From the NCBI GenBank assembly GCA_013265495.1, contig MU057930.1:257599-321598 (forward strand): a stretch of DNA of 64,000 nucleotides, read 5' to 3'. The notes under the pieces are model-generated. The model did not search any database. It saw nothing but the letters and a program-made list of their open reading frames with translations, and was not told the origin of the DNA. Origin of the DNA: Vicugna vicugna (lineage: Eukaryota). Numbering within the stretch: the first letter of the stretch is position 1; each line of letters starts with the position of its first letter. Made by a program: the position numbers and the translations under genes. Below are positions 13,101-26,800 of the stretch, piece after piece.

Positions 13101-16100
13101 CCTCATTGTTTATCTATGTTTTATATATAGTAATATGTATCTGTTAATCCCAAACTCCCAATTTATCCCTCCCCCTCTTTTCCCCTTCGGTAACCGTAAG
13201 TGTGTTTTCTGTCTGTGAATCTGTCTCTGTTTTGTAAATAAATTCATTTGGACCATTTTAAAATTTATTTTATTTATTTATTTATTCATATTTTTTTAAA
13301 CGGAGGAACTGGGGATTGGGCCCAGGACCTCCTGCATGGTAAGCAAGCGCTCTGCCACTGACCTGTGTGTCGCCCTGTATTATATTTTTTTAGATTACAC
13401 GCATAGGTGATGTCACATGTGATTTGTCTTTCTCTGACTTACTTAGTGTGATGGAACGCAGGTTTGCAGAACGCATCCACGCTGCTGCAAATGGCATTAT
13501 TTCATTCTTTTTTTGTCTGCTTGCCTGTTTTTAATATACACATGGAAAAACACACAGAGAAACACACTCCCCAAACTGCCCCTAGACACACCTCCACACA
13601 CGTGCCCACACACAAACTACACACATGCACGTGCAACCCCCCCCACACAAACACACATAAAGGTCTACGCCCCCAAGTGGCACACGGACCCGTCTACCCG
13701 TGTGTGTTCACGCACAGAACACGCGCCCCACCTACACAAATACACAGCTGCAAAACACACACATAGCTCCATGCAAAACCTCACACGTACACCCCAAACC
13801 ACACTGTGAACAGACACGTACTGTCTCGCACGCGAATGCACACCCACGCACACCCACCACAGACACACGAACGTTCCGTCCCGCACACACACGCAGTCAC
13901 ACACACACACAGACTCGGGAACAGTTCCGTCGTAACGGGGTAAACGCAGTGGAATAAAGGCAGTTTCTCCTCCTCTGGGATCCCAGGAGATTAAAAACAA
14001 AATTTTTTTAACCTTTTTCTGGGTTGTCGAGTGTTTGTGCAAGAAGTATGTTTCGGTTGGGTACTTATAGAAAACTTGTTTATTCAAGGATTTTCCCTGT
14101 GTTTGTTTGTTTTTTTTTTCCCATCATGTACTGGAAATGCTTACTGTCTTGTGTCAAAAGACCCACTTTTTTGGAATAATGTGTGTGCAGAATGATCATG
14201 GTTTCGCACTATTTTAACTGCTGCTAAACCCTAAGGTTGTCAATAGTCTAAAAAAAATAATAAATGAACATCTTGCCTGGAGGTCTGAAAGTGAAACATT
14301 TCACGTGAGAAATCACAACACGTTTTACGTTGTCAAAGGCGCTGAATCCCGCAAGCATCTGAAAATCTCAAATCTTGCCCTTTTTAATGGCTTTCTTAAT
14401 TTCCCATTTTACCTTTCTCTGACTTATTTCTAATGGGACTCTCTCCCTCTTAGGCCAAGATTTTGACTTATCAGACGCCCTTGATGGTGAGTCGTGTTAA
14501 ACGCGTTTTACGAAGAACAGTGACTGTTTTACTGGAATGCACTCAAATCTTCTGAAACACAGCTCCCTGGGGTCCCTCGAGTCACGTGGGATGAGAAAAT
14601 TCAAGATGCCCTTGATGGGATAAACACATTTTATTTGGTGGGATAATTTCCGCACCCTGTGGTGATTAGCAGTGCCAAACAGGGTTGCCTGGCGCCTGGG
14701 GAAGGGGCTGGGCCGGACCCCCGTGGGCACGCGGGTGGGCAGGGGGGTGAGGGGCTCCACCCCTGGGCTTGCGGCCGCGCCACCCCCGTCTCGGCCTGTG
14801 CCTTCATGTGGCCGTGTCCCTCTGCGGCGGTGCCTCCAGCTTCCGCAGTTTCCTCCTGAGCAGGGGGTCGACCCTCAGGGTCTGCGCTCACGCACTGCTG
14901 CAAAGAGCCTGTTTCTGACTACGGCCGCGTTCTGAGGATCCCCGCGGATGTGAATTTGGGGGTAGAGTCTTCAGCCTGGGACACCTTTGTAATTCCTGGG
15001 GTCCAGTGCAGAGGCTTGAATTAAAACCAGGGGGGCAGCAGAAGCCAGCCGCAGAGGTAGCTTTCTTCTTGATGGTGGAAGCTTTCTTCTCGGCCAGTGG
15101 GGAGAGAAGCAGGCCCAGGGGGTATCTTTGGTCCTTATGACCTCAGCCTGCTCACCTTTGGCCCCCAGAGGGCCAGCCTGGATGAGGGTCCCTAGAAGGA
15201 AAAGTGCATTCCTCGTTATAAACGCGCACAGCCTCGCAACCAAGGGTCCCGTGTGCGTCCTTCCCGCCCGCACGCCCCGTCCTGTGCGCAGCTTCTGTTC
15301 TGTGGGCTCAGAACTTCACGCGCGGCCCATTCGACGTCAGAGGGCGGGGGAAGCGGTTCTGAGAGCTGCCTCTGCGTCCCAGCTGCAAGTCTGCTGACTG
15401 AAATGTCTTTTCTCTTTAGACAGTGGCACGAAATCCACTTCTGCCCCCAAAAAGCCCAGCGCCGGTAAGCAGCCAATGCACCTGGCATTCCAGAGAGAGT
15501 TGAGACACCACGGCCGGGCGCCCCAGTCGCCCCAAGGGCCGGACGGCATGTAGACAGACGGCTGGAAGACGAGATGTTCCATGGCTTTGGCTAGAGTTGC
15601 CGAATGTTTGTTCTCGAATGGCTGTCAGAAGGGACACGTGGGAGAGATGCTTTTGTGGCCCGTGAAAAGTGTCTCTGGGTATTTTTAGTCTGACTGTCTG
15701 TTACTCATTTCCTTCCTTCCTTCCTTCCTTCCTTCCTTCCTTCCTTCCTTCCTTCCTTCCTTCCTTCCTTCCTTCCTTTCTTTCTTTTTCTTTCTTTTCT
15801 TTCTCTCTTTCTTTCGCAGGAAGGAGGTAATTAGGTTTACTTATTTGTTTTAATGGCGGTGCTGGGGATTGAACCCAGGACCTCACCATGCTAACTACGC
15901 ACTCAGCCACTGAGCTGTGCCCTCCCCCACCTTTTGCAGGATTTGTCGGCCACTTGGTAGGGGCTGATGATTCAGACAGGCAGTCAACGGGAAAGAATTG
16001 TCTACCGAAAGGAGCTGGGAGTTCAGCTCTGTCCGTGCAGACTGATTGATGGACACACCCCTGTCGTTATTTCGCTTTTGTTAGGTTGTCGTGTTCTCTT

Positions 16101-19100
16101 CATGGGAGAGAAGACTGTTGTGGAAACGGTCAGGGGTTTGGATTTTCCGTTGACACCTTGGTCAGACGGATATTCAGGGACGTGTTTAGGGACGTGGGGA
16201 TGCGGTGTGCCCTCTGCCTGTTGAGAGAGTCCTTTCCATTGTTGGCTCGCCCAGAACTTCAGTCTTAACGACCTGTTTTCTTCCCTCAGGTGATTACTTC
16301 AATTTAGAAGATGCCATCGGAGGACACAGTAAGTAAGACTTCTTTTAAATCTCCTTTGGGTCTAATTTCCTTATTTATCATTTCAAAGAGGCTGATCTCT
16401 TTTAAATCATAAGCTGAACTCTTTTTTTTTAACGAGGAAAACTTAAGGAATAGCTGTATTGTTGATTGCTGTTGAGTTTTTTCGGTTTTTATCAATATGC
16501 CTACTTTCATTTGAAAGCTCTTACAGCTCTGAGGTGATATGAGGCAAACTGAATACCCTGGCCCAAGGCTGGCCTCCTGGGCCTGTGACCTGTGCAGTCA
16601 CCCAGGGCCCCACACTCAGAAGGGCTGCCATGGTTGGTTGACCATTCTACGGCCACCATGTTGAAATTTTTAATGCATTTTGAGCAAGGGACTCTGCATT
16701 GTCATTTTGCACTGCTCCCACCCCCTAGTTCTGTAGCTGGCCCAGACATCTGCTTTATTTTCTGTTGGAAATACCCCAAGTTAAGTATGGTGCCTGGAGG
16801 ATGATGGAGAGAAATCCATAGCTGGCGGTGTGTATGGGTGTCCCCGCCGTGACAAAGCACTCGCCCCGCCGTGACAAAGGACACGCTTCGATTTCTAACT
16901 GTTCAGTAAAGCATGTATACAAATGGGTGTTATGTTTACTTGACTGCAAAATGCTCTTAATTGCAACTCTCATCCCTTACAGATGACCCAACGTCACGCA
17001 GTCCACCCAAGCCAAAACCTAACCCAGACCCCAGCCACCCTGGCTCCTCCGGTAAGACCTCAACCCTGCGGGTCCTTGCGTGTTTTCCAGAGTCCAGTGA
17101 TTTCCAGGTCAGCTGAGAGGAGGTCATGTCAGATTTAGCCTGATCTTACTGTGAACTCCTGGTGCAAGGTAATTCCAATTTTCCAGGAGTGGAAAACAGT
17201 TTTGAAGAAGACATTTTTGGTTTGGATGTGATTTTTTTTTTTCGTTTGCTGGTTTTACTTCCACGGTTTTAAGGGACCCTTTAAAAAATTGAACGTAAGA
17301 TTTTAAATATGTAGGCTCGATGTGGAGAGAAATATTTGCTTGTGGTTTTACTTTAAAGAAGTTTTTTTTTTCTTTTCTTTCCTCCTTCCTTCCTTCCTTT
17401 CTTAATTTCCTAATTTCTTAAGCTTTTGGCTTTTTTCTGACACATGACGGTATCCTCAGAGGAATTGCACAACATGCTTTCTGAATTGAATGGCTGTTGA
17501 AACTTCAGACTTTGAGGGGGCTTGTTTGTTCATTTATATGTTTGTTTAATTTTTAACCCAGAAAAATAGAAATACTGTCCATCTTCTACTGCAGTGGGCT
17601 TTTTGATGGTTATTCTCTCTAGTGTTTTATATGTTAATTAATTTATGTATTCTTTTAAGGTTTTTTTTTGGTAGGGGGAGGTAATTAAATTAAGTTTATC
17701 TTTTTTTTTTAATGGAGATACTAAGAATTGAACCCAGGACCCTATGCATGCTAAGCATGCACTTTACTAGTGAGCTATACCCTGCCTCCTGTATATTAAT
17801 TTAAATGAAGCAGATGTTAAGTAAAACTTGCATCTTTTATTCATACTGTGTCATAACATTACCTTTTGCTTATTAGTCTTCTGTAAACATTTTCTTGTAT
17901 TATTTAATAGTTATTATCATACAACTTTTCTTAGCATTCATAGTCCATCGTAACTCATCCCTGATTTTGACAGTGTTCTGTTTCTTTGGAAAAGCTTGAT
18001 CACGTAGATTGTGTAAACTCTTCTACCCGTCTTGTCCCAGTTTGATGTCTTTATGTCTGAAATTTGCAAGAAACTTTCGAATGTCAATGGCCCACATCTA
18101 GTTCTTTTTTTGTGTATTGCTTGTCATTTGTTCTTTCTTATAATTTATAATATCCATCCTTTGCTTTCTGCAGTGTAAGCCTTCTCCATTCGTGGCTGGA
18201 TGTTCATTATTTCCCCTCATTTATAATGAAAACATTTTCCCTCTTTGAGTGTTTCCAACAGTATTTTTTGACAAGCAAGAGTTTACTTTTTTTTTTTTCC
18301 TTCCCGGTGTTTTTAATGCTTCTGTGACTTCTCTGCTTTTTCGGGTCTGTTTATTTATTTATTTTTTCCTTTGAGCTTCACATCCATTTTATTTCTCTCC
18401 CACCCCTGGGAAAAATAACACCTTCCTTTTATTTTCCTTTGAATTGTTTACATGTGGAAGTTGACGAGTGCCGTGCTGCTGAGTTTTTTATTTTTCCCTT
18501 GGGATTCAGTATTCTGTGTGCCTCTTTCTCCTTATTGTTTCTTTAAATGCATTTCTAAGTGGTTTTCTTCCCTGTTTGTGTCCATTCTAGGAATACATTT
18601 TGAGTCTTTTTTTTTTTTTGGCATTCTCTTTTTTTTTCGTTTTTCAGTTTTAGTAGGTAGAACTGTGATAATTTGACTGCACATATACAATATATTGCAC
18701 ATAAATACATGTATACAATATACTGACTTTTTTTAGTTAACATCTGTATTCTGATTATAGTTTCTAAGAACAGTTTAGAGCTTTAGCTTTTTAAACTTAT
18801 ATAGTTATCAAAAGAATAAAGCCAACCCCAAAGTAAGAATCAACAGAACGCAGTAATGCAATCATGAAGGACAGTCCGATGTGCTTTGTGTCCATTCTTT
18901 GTCTGGTTATTTCTGTAATGCAGAAAAGAGTGTCAGACATTTTCCTTAATTAGCCACTTAATGATGAACTCATTAACTTTTTGAGTGGGAGGTAATTAGA
19001 TTTATTTATTTATGTATTTATTCAGTTTTGAATTTTTATGTTATTATTTTTTCATGGAGGTGCCGGGGATTGAACCCAGGACCTCGTGCATGCTCAGCAC

Positions 19101-20813
19101 ATGCTCTACCGCTGAGCTATCTATGCCCTCCCCACCAAACTCATTAATTTTTAATCGTCTTCTCTTCACTTCTTAGCTTTTCTAAGAGGACTGTCATAGT
19201 ATCGTCAAATGATTTAAAACCAGTTTTCCCCTTTCTTATGTCTGTATTTTCTCTTTACAGTTGACTTGTACTTGTATCATTTTGCCTTGGCTGGAGAACT
19301 CAGGACCACATTCAATAGAAGACAGAGCAGTCAATCCTGACTTTTAAGACAAAAACTAAAAGAGATTCATTTTTACATAAAAGAAATTGCCCTAAAAAAG
19401 ATAGATATTCATATCACACATCTATTCTACTTGACTTTTATTTCCTAAACAGGAAATAAATATTCAATTTCATCAGGTGCTTGGGGTCATCCAAGGAGAT
19501 GGGTCATTTTGTTTTCTTTGAACCCATGAATATGAAAAGTTATATAGAAGGATGTCTTTATATAGAATGCATCCTTACGTTCATGGGAAAAATTCTACTT
19601 GGTCAAGATAAGTTTTATTAAACTGATGGACTGAATTTGTGTATCAGCTAGCTATTGCTGCCTAAGAAGCATCTCCAAACCCAGTGGCTTAAAATTTTAA
19701 AAATCGTTACTTCTGATAAATCTGGGCCAAGTGTGGCTGACCTTGGCTTGGCTCTAGGTCTTCTGGGGTTGACTTGTCTGGGGTTGTGTCAGCTGGGATG
19801 GCAGGATTCTTTTTAATGTGTCTGTCACCCCCTTACACCAGGCCTGTGTAAGCCCATTCTCCAGGGGCAGAAACATCAACCCCACAGAAGTTATATTTTA
19901 AAAATTCAGATTTGTCTCCCATTTACCACCCTCAGACTGCCAAAATCAGTCTTCTGGCTGAGTATGAACTGTTCTCCCCACAATGGGAAGAGTGACAGCT
20001 TAGGACCAGCAGTGCAATGAATCTACACTAGAGAGATGGTAATTGAGTGTGGTTTTATCTAGATACATCCAGAAGGTTGATATGTCCTTTCCTTTTCTTT
20101 TTGTGTCATCTTTTTCAGGTTTAGTTAGCAGAGGTTTCGGGTAAGCCTTAATTTTAGGACTTTTGGCATAGGATGGGCATTCATGGCAATTGCCTCTTTG
20201 AGAGATGCTCTCCGTAAAGTAGTATCTTTGTTGCGTCCCCTGTCCCCCAGTCTGCTTTTGATTCTACTGTGTCTTCCTTCACTCTAACACATCAAGACCT
20301 TCCTGATAGTTCTAATGTGACGGATGACACTGTGTTTTTCTTTCTAGGTGGCTTTTCGGATTCTGACCTCATTGAAGGGAATTCAGGCGGAGGTAGGGTG
20401 ACATGACCTCTTCTTCTGTCTCTTATGTTCCTCCATCCCCGATTACCCACCTTCTCTACAGAATCGTGGCAGCAGGTAGAGTCTTAGCTCTCAGGGATCT
20501 CACAGCCAGCTGCTTGGACATCTTCGTGGAGGTCTGCCCTTTGCAGACACATCAAGGTTGCAGACAGTAGACCTGGGGGTGGGGAGGTAGTCAGGTTTAT
20601 TTATTTATTTATTTATTAGTATCTATCTATCTATCTATCTATTTAAATAGAGGTACTGTGAATTGAACCCAGGACCTCGTGCATATTAGGCACATGCTCT
20701 ACCCCTGAGCTATACCCTCCCCACCTCTTTAGATTATGCTCGTTTCTTTCTTTCCTTCTTTCTTTCCTTCCTTCCTTCCTCCCTCCCTCCCTCCCTCCCT
20801 CCCTTCCTTCCTC

Positions 20814-20848
<35 letters not shown>

Positions 20849-23800
20849 CTCTCTCTCTCTCTCTCTTTTTCTCCCTGTAAATAGGAAAATCACATTTTTA
20901 TTAGTTAACCAGCTGATATCCCTGAATATATTTTTTTAAATTATAGTTGATGTACAATGTAATAGAAGTTTCAGGTGTGCATCATGGTGATTCGCAGTTT
21001 TCAAAGGTTACGTTCTGTTTGTAGTTCTCACGGAGTATTGGCTATATCCCCTTTGCTGTGCAACGCAGCACGGAAGGTTATTTATTCCACACCGAGCAGG
21101 TTGTACCTCTTGTTCCCCTCCCCCACCTCGCCCTTCCCCCCATCCCTCCCTCCACTGGTCACAACTAGTCTGTTCTCTGTATCTGGGAGCCTGCTTCTGT
21201 TTTGTCATATTCACTAGTTTCTGTATTTTTTGGTCTCATCCCAGTTTCTTGTACATGTCTTCACACTTTGATATTGGACGCCCTCCATTCTGGTTCCCTT
21301 AGGGTGGTTTCCGTGAAGTGGGACTTCTGAAGGGAATTCCAACTTTTACATCCCTTCACGATGGCTAAGTTATTTTCCAGAACAGCTGTGATCATTGACG
21401 GCCCTACTGGTCGTAGGAGGACCAAGGAAGCTATGGTTAGGATCATTCCTTGTTGGTGTGCATTAAATGTTACCAGAGATATTTTCCCTTCGACTCCTTG
21501 ATTGATGAATTGAGACTGATTGACCTTAATGGATAATCCAGTCCCCAAAAGATTCGAATTCTTTTTATGGCATTTGAGGACTTACCGTGAGGTGATCTGG
21601 GGACATCTCGCTGGTCGTCTACTGGAAATGTCCCTGCATTCCCTCTTGAGTTCACAGACCTTGCAGAGTGTAAACTCCTTTCACTCTGTTCCTTGAAGTC
21701 ATGTCTTGCAATGGCTGTCCATCTACCTTCTAAATTGCTTTTCCATTTAAAATCATGAATGTGTGCTGGTCAAGACCTCCCCGCTTTGAAGAGTGTAACA
21801 GACAGTGTTCTAGTTTGATGCCTGTGTAAGGTGCACTTATCCATTGACTGTAACAGGCTGTACTCTGGGTCTACAGCTGTGTAACATGCAGTCCCCCCAC
21901 TTTAAGTGTAGCAGGCAGCCCTCTTGCTCCTGAGCTGTGTAACATGCAGTGCCTGTGTGAGTGTAACATCAAGACACACAGAGAGGGAGTCTCTGATTTT
22001 AAACAGAAATAAAATCACTCACAGGTTTACAGTCCACTGGGTGAATGACTCACTGAGTAGTAATCATTGTACCCACATCAGCTTAAAACCAACTATATAT
22101 TGGCATTAAATGCAGGAATAATGGGGGTGGTGAGCTGGCATCTCTTAGCCTTGGGGGAAGCACGGATGAAGAAAATAACCCCAGGTGATGGGTCCACGGT
22201 TAACACTTCACCAGTGACCACCACTCATGAGACTGGGAGTCAACAGGAATGTCTTTGAGATCAGCCCGTCACCATGGGAGGGTCTCAGGTGGGCTCTGGG
22301 ACCCCTGCTGGGATTCCCCTGGCGCGCTTTCATGACTCACTGGGTCTCCTGGAGCCCAGCGTGGGGGTGGAGGTTGAGTCAGATGCCAAGCCTGGTTTCC
22401 AGGTCCATGGGAGCGAGACGGGAGATACCTTCCACAGAGCGAGGATGTCCCCACTCAGCGGTGGAAAAGGACACCTTGAGATGAAATGGCTTTATCAGTC
22501 CCGTGGTCCTTTCTGTTAAGGTGCCCTCATGACCCAAGGTCCCAGGGGCTGTTCCTGGCTGTGACTCTTCTGTGCCCAAACATCTTCCCGATGCAATCTG
22601 TCCTCAAGCCTGCTTCCTCTCTTGCAGGAGGCGGTGGTGGCGGGGCCGGTGGCGGTGGTGGCGGAGCCGGTGGAAACCAGAGGCACGACGGGGAGGAGCA
22701 GGGTATGTACACCTCGTTTCTGACGTCTTGGAGGTCTCGTTGTTACTCTCAGGGGGCTGGGGGGGCAGCGGTCACGACCTAACGTTGAGCATTTGCAGTG
22801 TTACCCTAGGGACTCTGACATGAAGCCTAGTTCTCTGAGATGCGTGTCCCAGAACACAGGCAGGTAGATACGGCGGGTTCGGTTCCAACCCACCGCAAAT
22901 AAAGCGACTGTTCCGATAGAACGAGTCCCACGCACGTTTTGGTTCCCCAGTGCGTAGAAAAGTGATGTTCGCACTAGACGGTGTGGTCTATGAAGTGTGC
23001 GGTGACAATGATGCCTGTAAAAGCAGTGTCCGCACGTTATGGCTAAAAAATGCCAACCAGCATTTTGAGACTCTGAGCCTTCAGTGAGTCCAAGATTGCT
23101 GATCACAGATACCATCCCAAGTATAATTGTAATGAGAAACCTTGAAATATGGGAAGACGTACAAAAATGTGGCCCAGACGCACGAAGGGAGCCACTGGTG
23201 TTGGGAAAATGGCGCCCACAGACATGCTGGAGGTGGGGTGGCTACAAAGCTTCAATTTGTAGAAAGCGCGAATCTGCGAAGCGCGGTAAAGTGAGGTTGC
23301 CCGCCCACCTCTGACACTCCCAGAGCTGGGTGCCAACGGGACCTGCTTTTGAAGTTCAATGTCCCTCCCCAAGGACCCTGAGTAAGAATGCCATCAATAT
23401 GACCCAGGGAAACAACCGCTGGCTTCTCTAGAGATGCAGAGAAAGACATTTATCATGTGCAGTTGGCTCACGTAGTTGTGGAGGCTAGGAACACCACGGT
23501 CATCTGTCTGCATGCTGGGGACTCAGGAAAGCCTCGGGTGCAGTTCAGTTTCCACACAAAGCACCAGGAACCAGGACAACCAATGGTGCGAGTCCCGAAT
23601 CCCAAGAACCAGGAGCATCCGTGTCGAAGGGCAGGGGAAGATGGATGTCCCAGCTCCAGCAGAGAGCACACTGTCCCTTTTTGATCTGCTCAGATTCCCG
23701 GTGGACTGGAGGCTGGCCTGTCCACACTGGAGACGGCAGCCTGCTTCACTCAGAGTGTTTGAATGTTCATCTTTTCAGGAGAGACTTACCAGGACACACC

Positions 23801-26800
23801 CAGAAATCGTGTTGTCCCAGCTACCTGGCCATTTCTTGGCCAGTCAAGCTGATGCTTAATTAACCATCACACCATCCTTCCTTTTTATTCATAGAGCAGG
23901 ATGCCTCGTGCACCTGCCACACCAAGAAAGAGGTGTAGACGTGGGGCAGGGGCAGGTGGATAGCGACCCCATCTTAATAAATCAAATGAACATAATGAGG
24001 AAGTCGGTGGCTTTGGTTCTCTAGAATGGGTATGAAGACCGGGGAATCCAGCTGTGCGGGGTCACAAGGTGTCTGAATGGTCCCAGCTGGGCACCTTCCA
24101 CGGTGGGATGTGTGAGTTTCCTCATGGGGACGGTCGGACACCGGCGCTGGTCACAGGGATGGGGAAGTCATAGGGTTCGTTGTCCCACTGGAAACCAGTT
24201 AATTCCGATACCAGATGTGGCTGTCGGGGGAAAGGCTCAGGAGTGGGGTTCCCTCCGTGGTTACCTGGTGGCCCTGCGTCTCAGTAGTCAACCCCATCTC
24301 TTCCTCCGGGCCAGTCCCCGCCCACTTGCCCCGTGGTCTCTCTGTGAATGCTGAGTGTCCCCCCGTCCTGGTGCCCTGTGCTTCTTCCCACAGGTGAGTC
24401 CCAGGGGGTGGTCCCCGGGATCATCGGGGCTGTCGTGGTCGCCGTGGCTGGAGCCATTTCCAGCTTCATTGCCTACCAGAAAAAGAAGTTGTGCTTCAAA
24501 GAGAACGGTAAGACTGTCACCACTCTTTCCTCCTCTGCGGTGCGTTGCTCACTTGAAAACTGTGTTTTCTCTTAAAAATGCCAAAAGCAGAACTCTGGTT
24601 GGTGGGAAACCCGTGCCACGTGGCTGACGGTTCCTAAAATCACTAGAATACTGGGATCTGACTTTGCAGCTTCGATGCCAGTGCTTCCTGTGTTTGGCCA
24701 TGTGAGCTTGTGCAAGTTACTAACGACTCCACTTTGGGGGGAGGTTCTATAAAGGGGGGCAGGTGACGGTCTGTACGCTATGGGGTTTTTGTGACGATCA
24801 ATCAGGTCGTGTGGGAAAGTCTTGACAGGATGCCTGGCAGAGAGCGAGTGTTGGAGAAACGTTAGCTCTTTTGATGTAGTCATCATTGTCTGCGTTGGTC
24901 ATCACTGGGGCAAGAGTGATGGCCTTGGTGCCGCCATATTGTTTTCTCCACCCAAGAGAATGAAAATTGAAACACTGGGCAACCGATGCCCTTTCTGCTG
25001 GAACCCAGTGCCGACAGGTCCCCGAGAAAGTTGGACGGGATGGATAGTGTATAGGGCAACGTGTATAGGGAGTGCCAGTTACCAGCACAGCGACAGGAAG
25101 GCCATCGTTGGGTGTTCGGGGGACCTTGGACTGAAATGCTGTGCTACTTGTTTGTCCTGATGACGTCAGCGAGTGCTCATAGCTAACGTTCGTGCGTCTG
25201 CACAAAGCTCTGTCTAGGTCTCGCCTTCACTCTCGCAGAACCAGTGAAGGGTGGGCTGTGACGTGGTTTGTGGGGGCCCCCTGGACAGCTCCGCCTCCTT
25301 GGAGGAGCCTTGTGGTGTCTGAACTTCCATCGTACCTAGGATCGTAAGTCCTTATTCATCCTTGGCTGTTGAGCCATTGACGTCCTCGGTTCTTTAGGAC
25401 CTCTTCCCGAGGGTGCTTGGGAAATTCCCAGAAGACCCGATTCGATGCTGATGGAGGCCGGGTTACACCCTAGGGATGGAGTTTGCCCTTCATCTTCCAT
25501 CAGTCCCTATTTTTAGGTCCACAAACACTATTCAGAGCCCGAAATGGAAAGTCCTGCCCAGAATTAGGATTCAGACCTGAAACAAGCCGCTGTTTTTACA
25601 GATGTGTCTTCTTGCAGTGGAGGGGAAGGGGGCCTGCTTGCGTCCTATTTCCCACCTGTGAGTGGGCGCCCTCCACCAGGAAAGCGTGGCTGGCTGAATG
25701 CTCAGTGCCCAGCGAGGTCCAAATGGACAGGTGGCCACGTTCCAGGGCATACTTATGAAAGATGTACAGTTGGAACCAGAAGGGGAACACACAACTCTTT
25801 TTCCGTCTTGATTCTCCTAGCACCAGGAGGGGAGGGGCGTAAGGCATGCTCGCTAGGGACGGGAGCATGGGAAACCCTTGCCGGAAGCTTTTCTGAAGGT
25901 CTGTAGGTGAACCCCAGTTGAGTTCTGGAGTTGCTAATCGTTTCTGTTCCCTTGTGAATGGGGTGGAGGAATCTCTGGGGTAGGGGTATGTCAAGACACA
26001 GCAATTTGGGGAGGCACCCCAGAGTCTTCATAGACCTGATGTGACACAGTGTTTGGAAACGGGACTCAGAAATTGGGGAACTCAAGCATTCTGTGTCCCC
26101 CCCTACCTTTCCCCTCTGGCTCTCGGTCTTGGGTTCCAGTATCCAGTCCATTGCACGGGGTAGGGGTGGCCGTGAAGACGGAAAGTTCCCCTCCCAAGAA
26201 GAAATCGTCGAGTTTAATAATTTTTAAAAACAAAAGCAAAGCATCGTTTCAGAAGCACTGGCTCAGGGCAGACTAGAATTCAAGTCACACAGCGGAGAGG
26301 TTGGCTGAATTTATTTCCCTGGAATATGTCCTACAAAAATTGGGTGCGACTCGACGTTTTGACTGGCTTTGTGGCTTTCATGTGGCTTGCCATCCTCAGC
26401 TGATGGCAACGTGCAAAGGAAAAGGTGGGGGAGGGTTGCAAATTATCATGAGGGAAGCCGACTGGATTTCTTATTTCAGTAATTAGGCACTTTTGTCTCC
26501 AGCCGTAAGGTATCCAGCGTCAATACAAAGAAAATTAGGTGCTGTTCTCATAAAAAAAAAACCAAAAAACAGGGGTGGGGCAAGGGATCGCTAACACAGA
26601 CCAGTGAGCATCTTTCTTTGTGACTAGACATTTCAGTTTTCAGACCTGCCTTAGAAAGTGAATTGTTTATTGTCCGTTGCATGTTTTTGTGAACAGAGGC
26701 AGCACTGACATGTTGAATCCAGGTATCAGATGCGCCGAAGATCCCCGATCTTTTGGGGAGTCCACAGAGGACTCTTTTTTATAAGTTTTGTGCACCTGAT

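Noticed and set aside
18985..19135. tRNA-Ala-like sequences on the minus strand
   Set aside because: Multiple diverged copies with AT-rich tails, so SINEs rather than tRNA genes
26697..26722. Possible 26-nt stop-containing micro-exon in CD99 intron 8
   Set aside because: Weak pyrimidine tract and weak donor (GTATCA); no supporting homology
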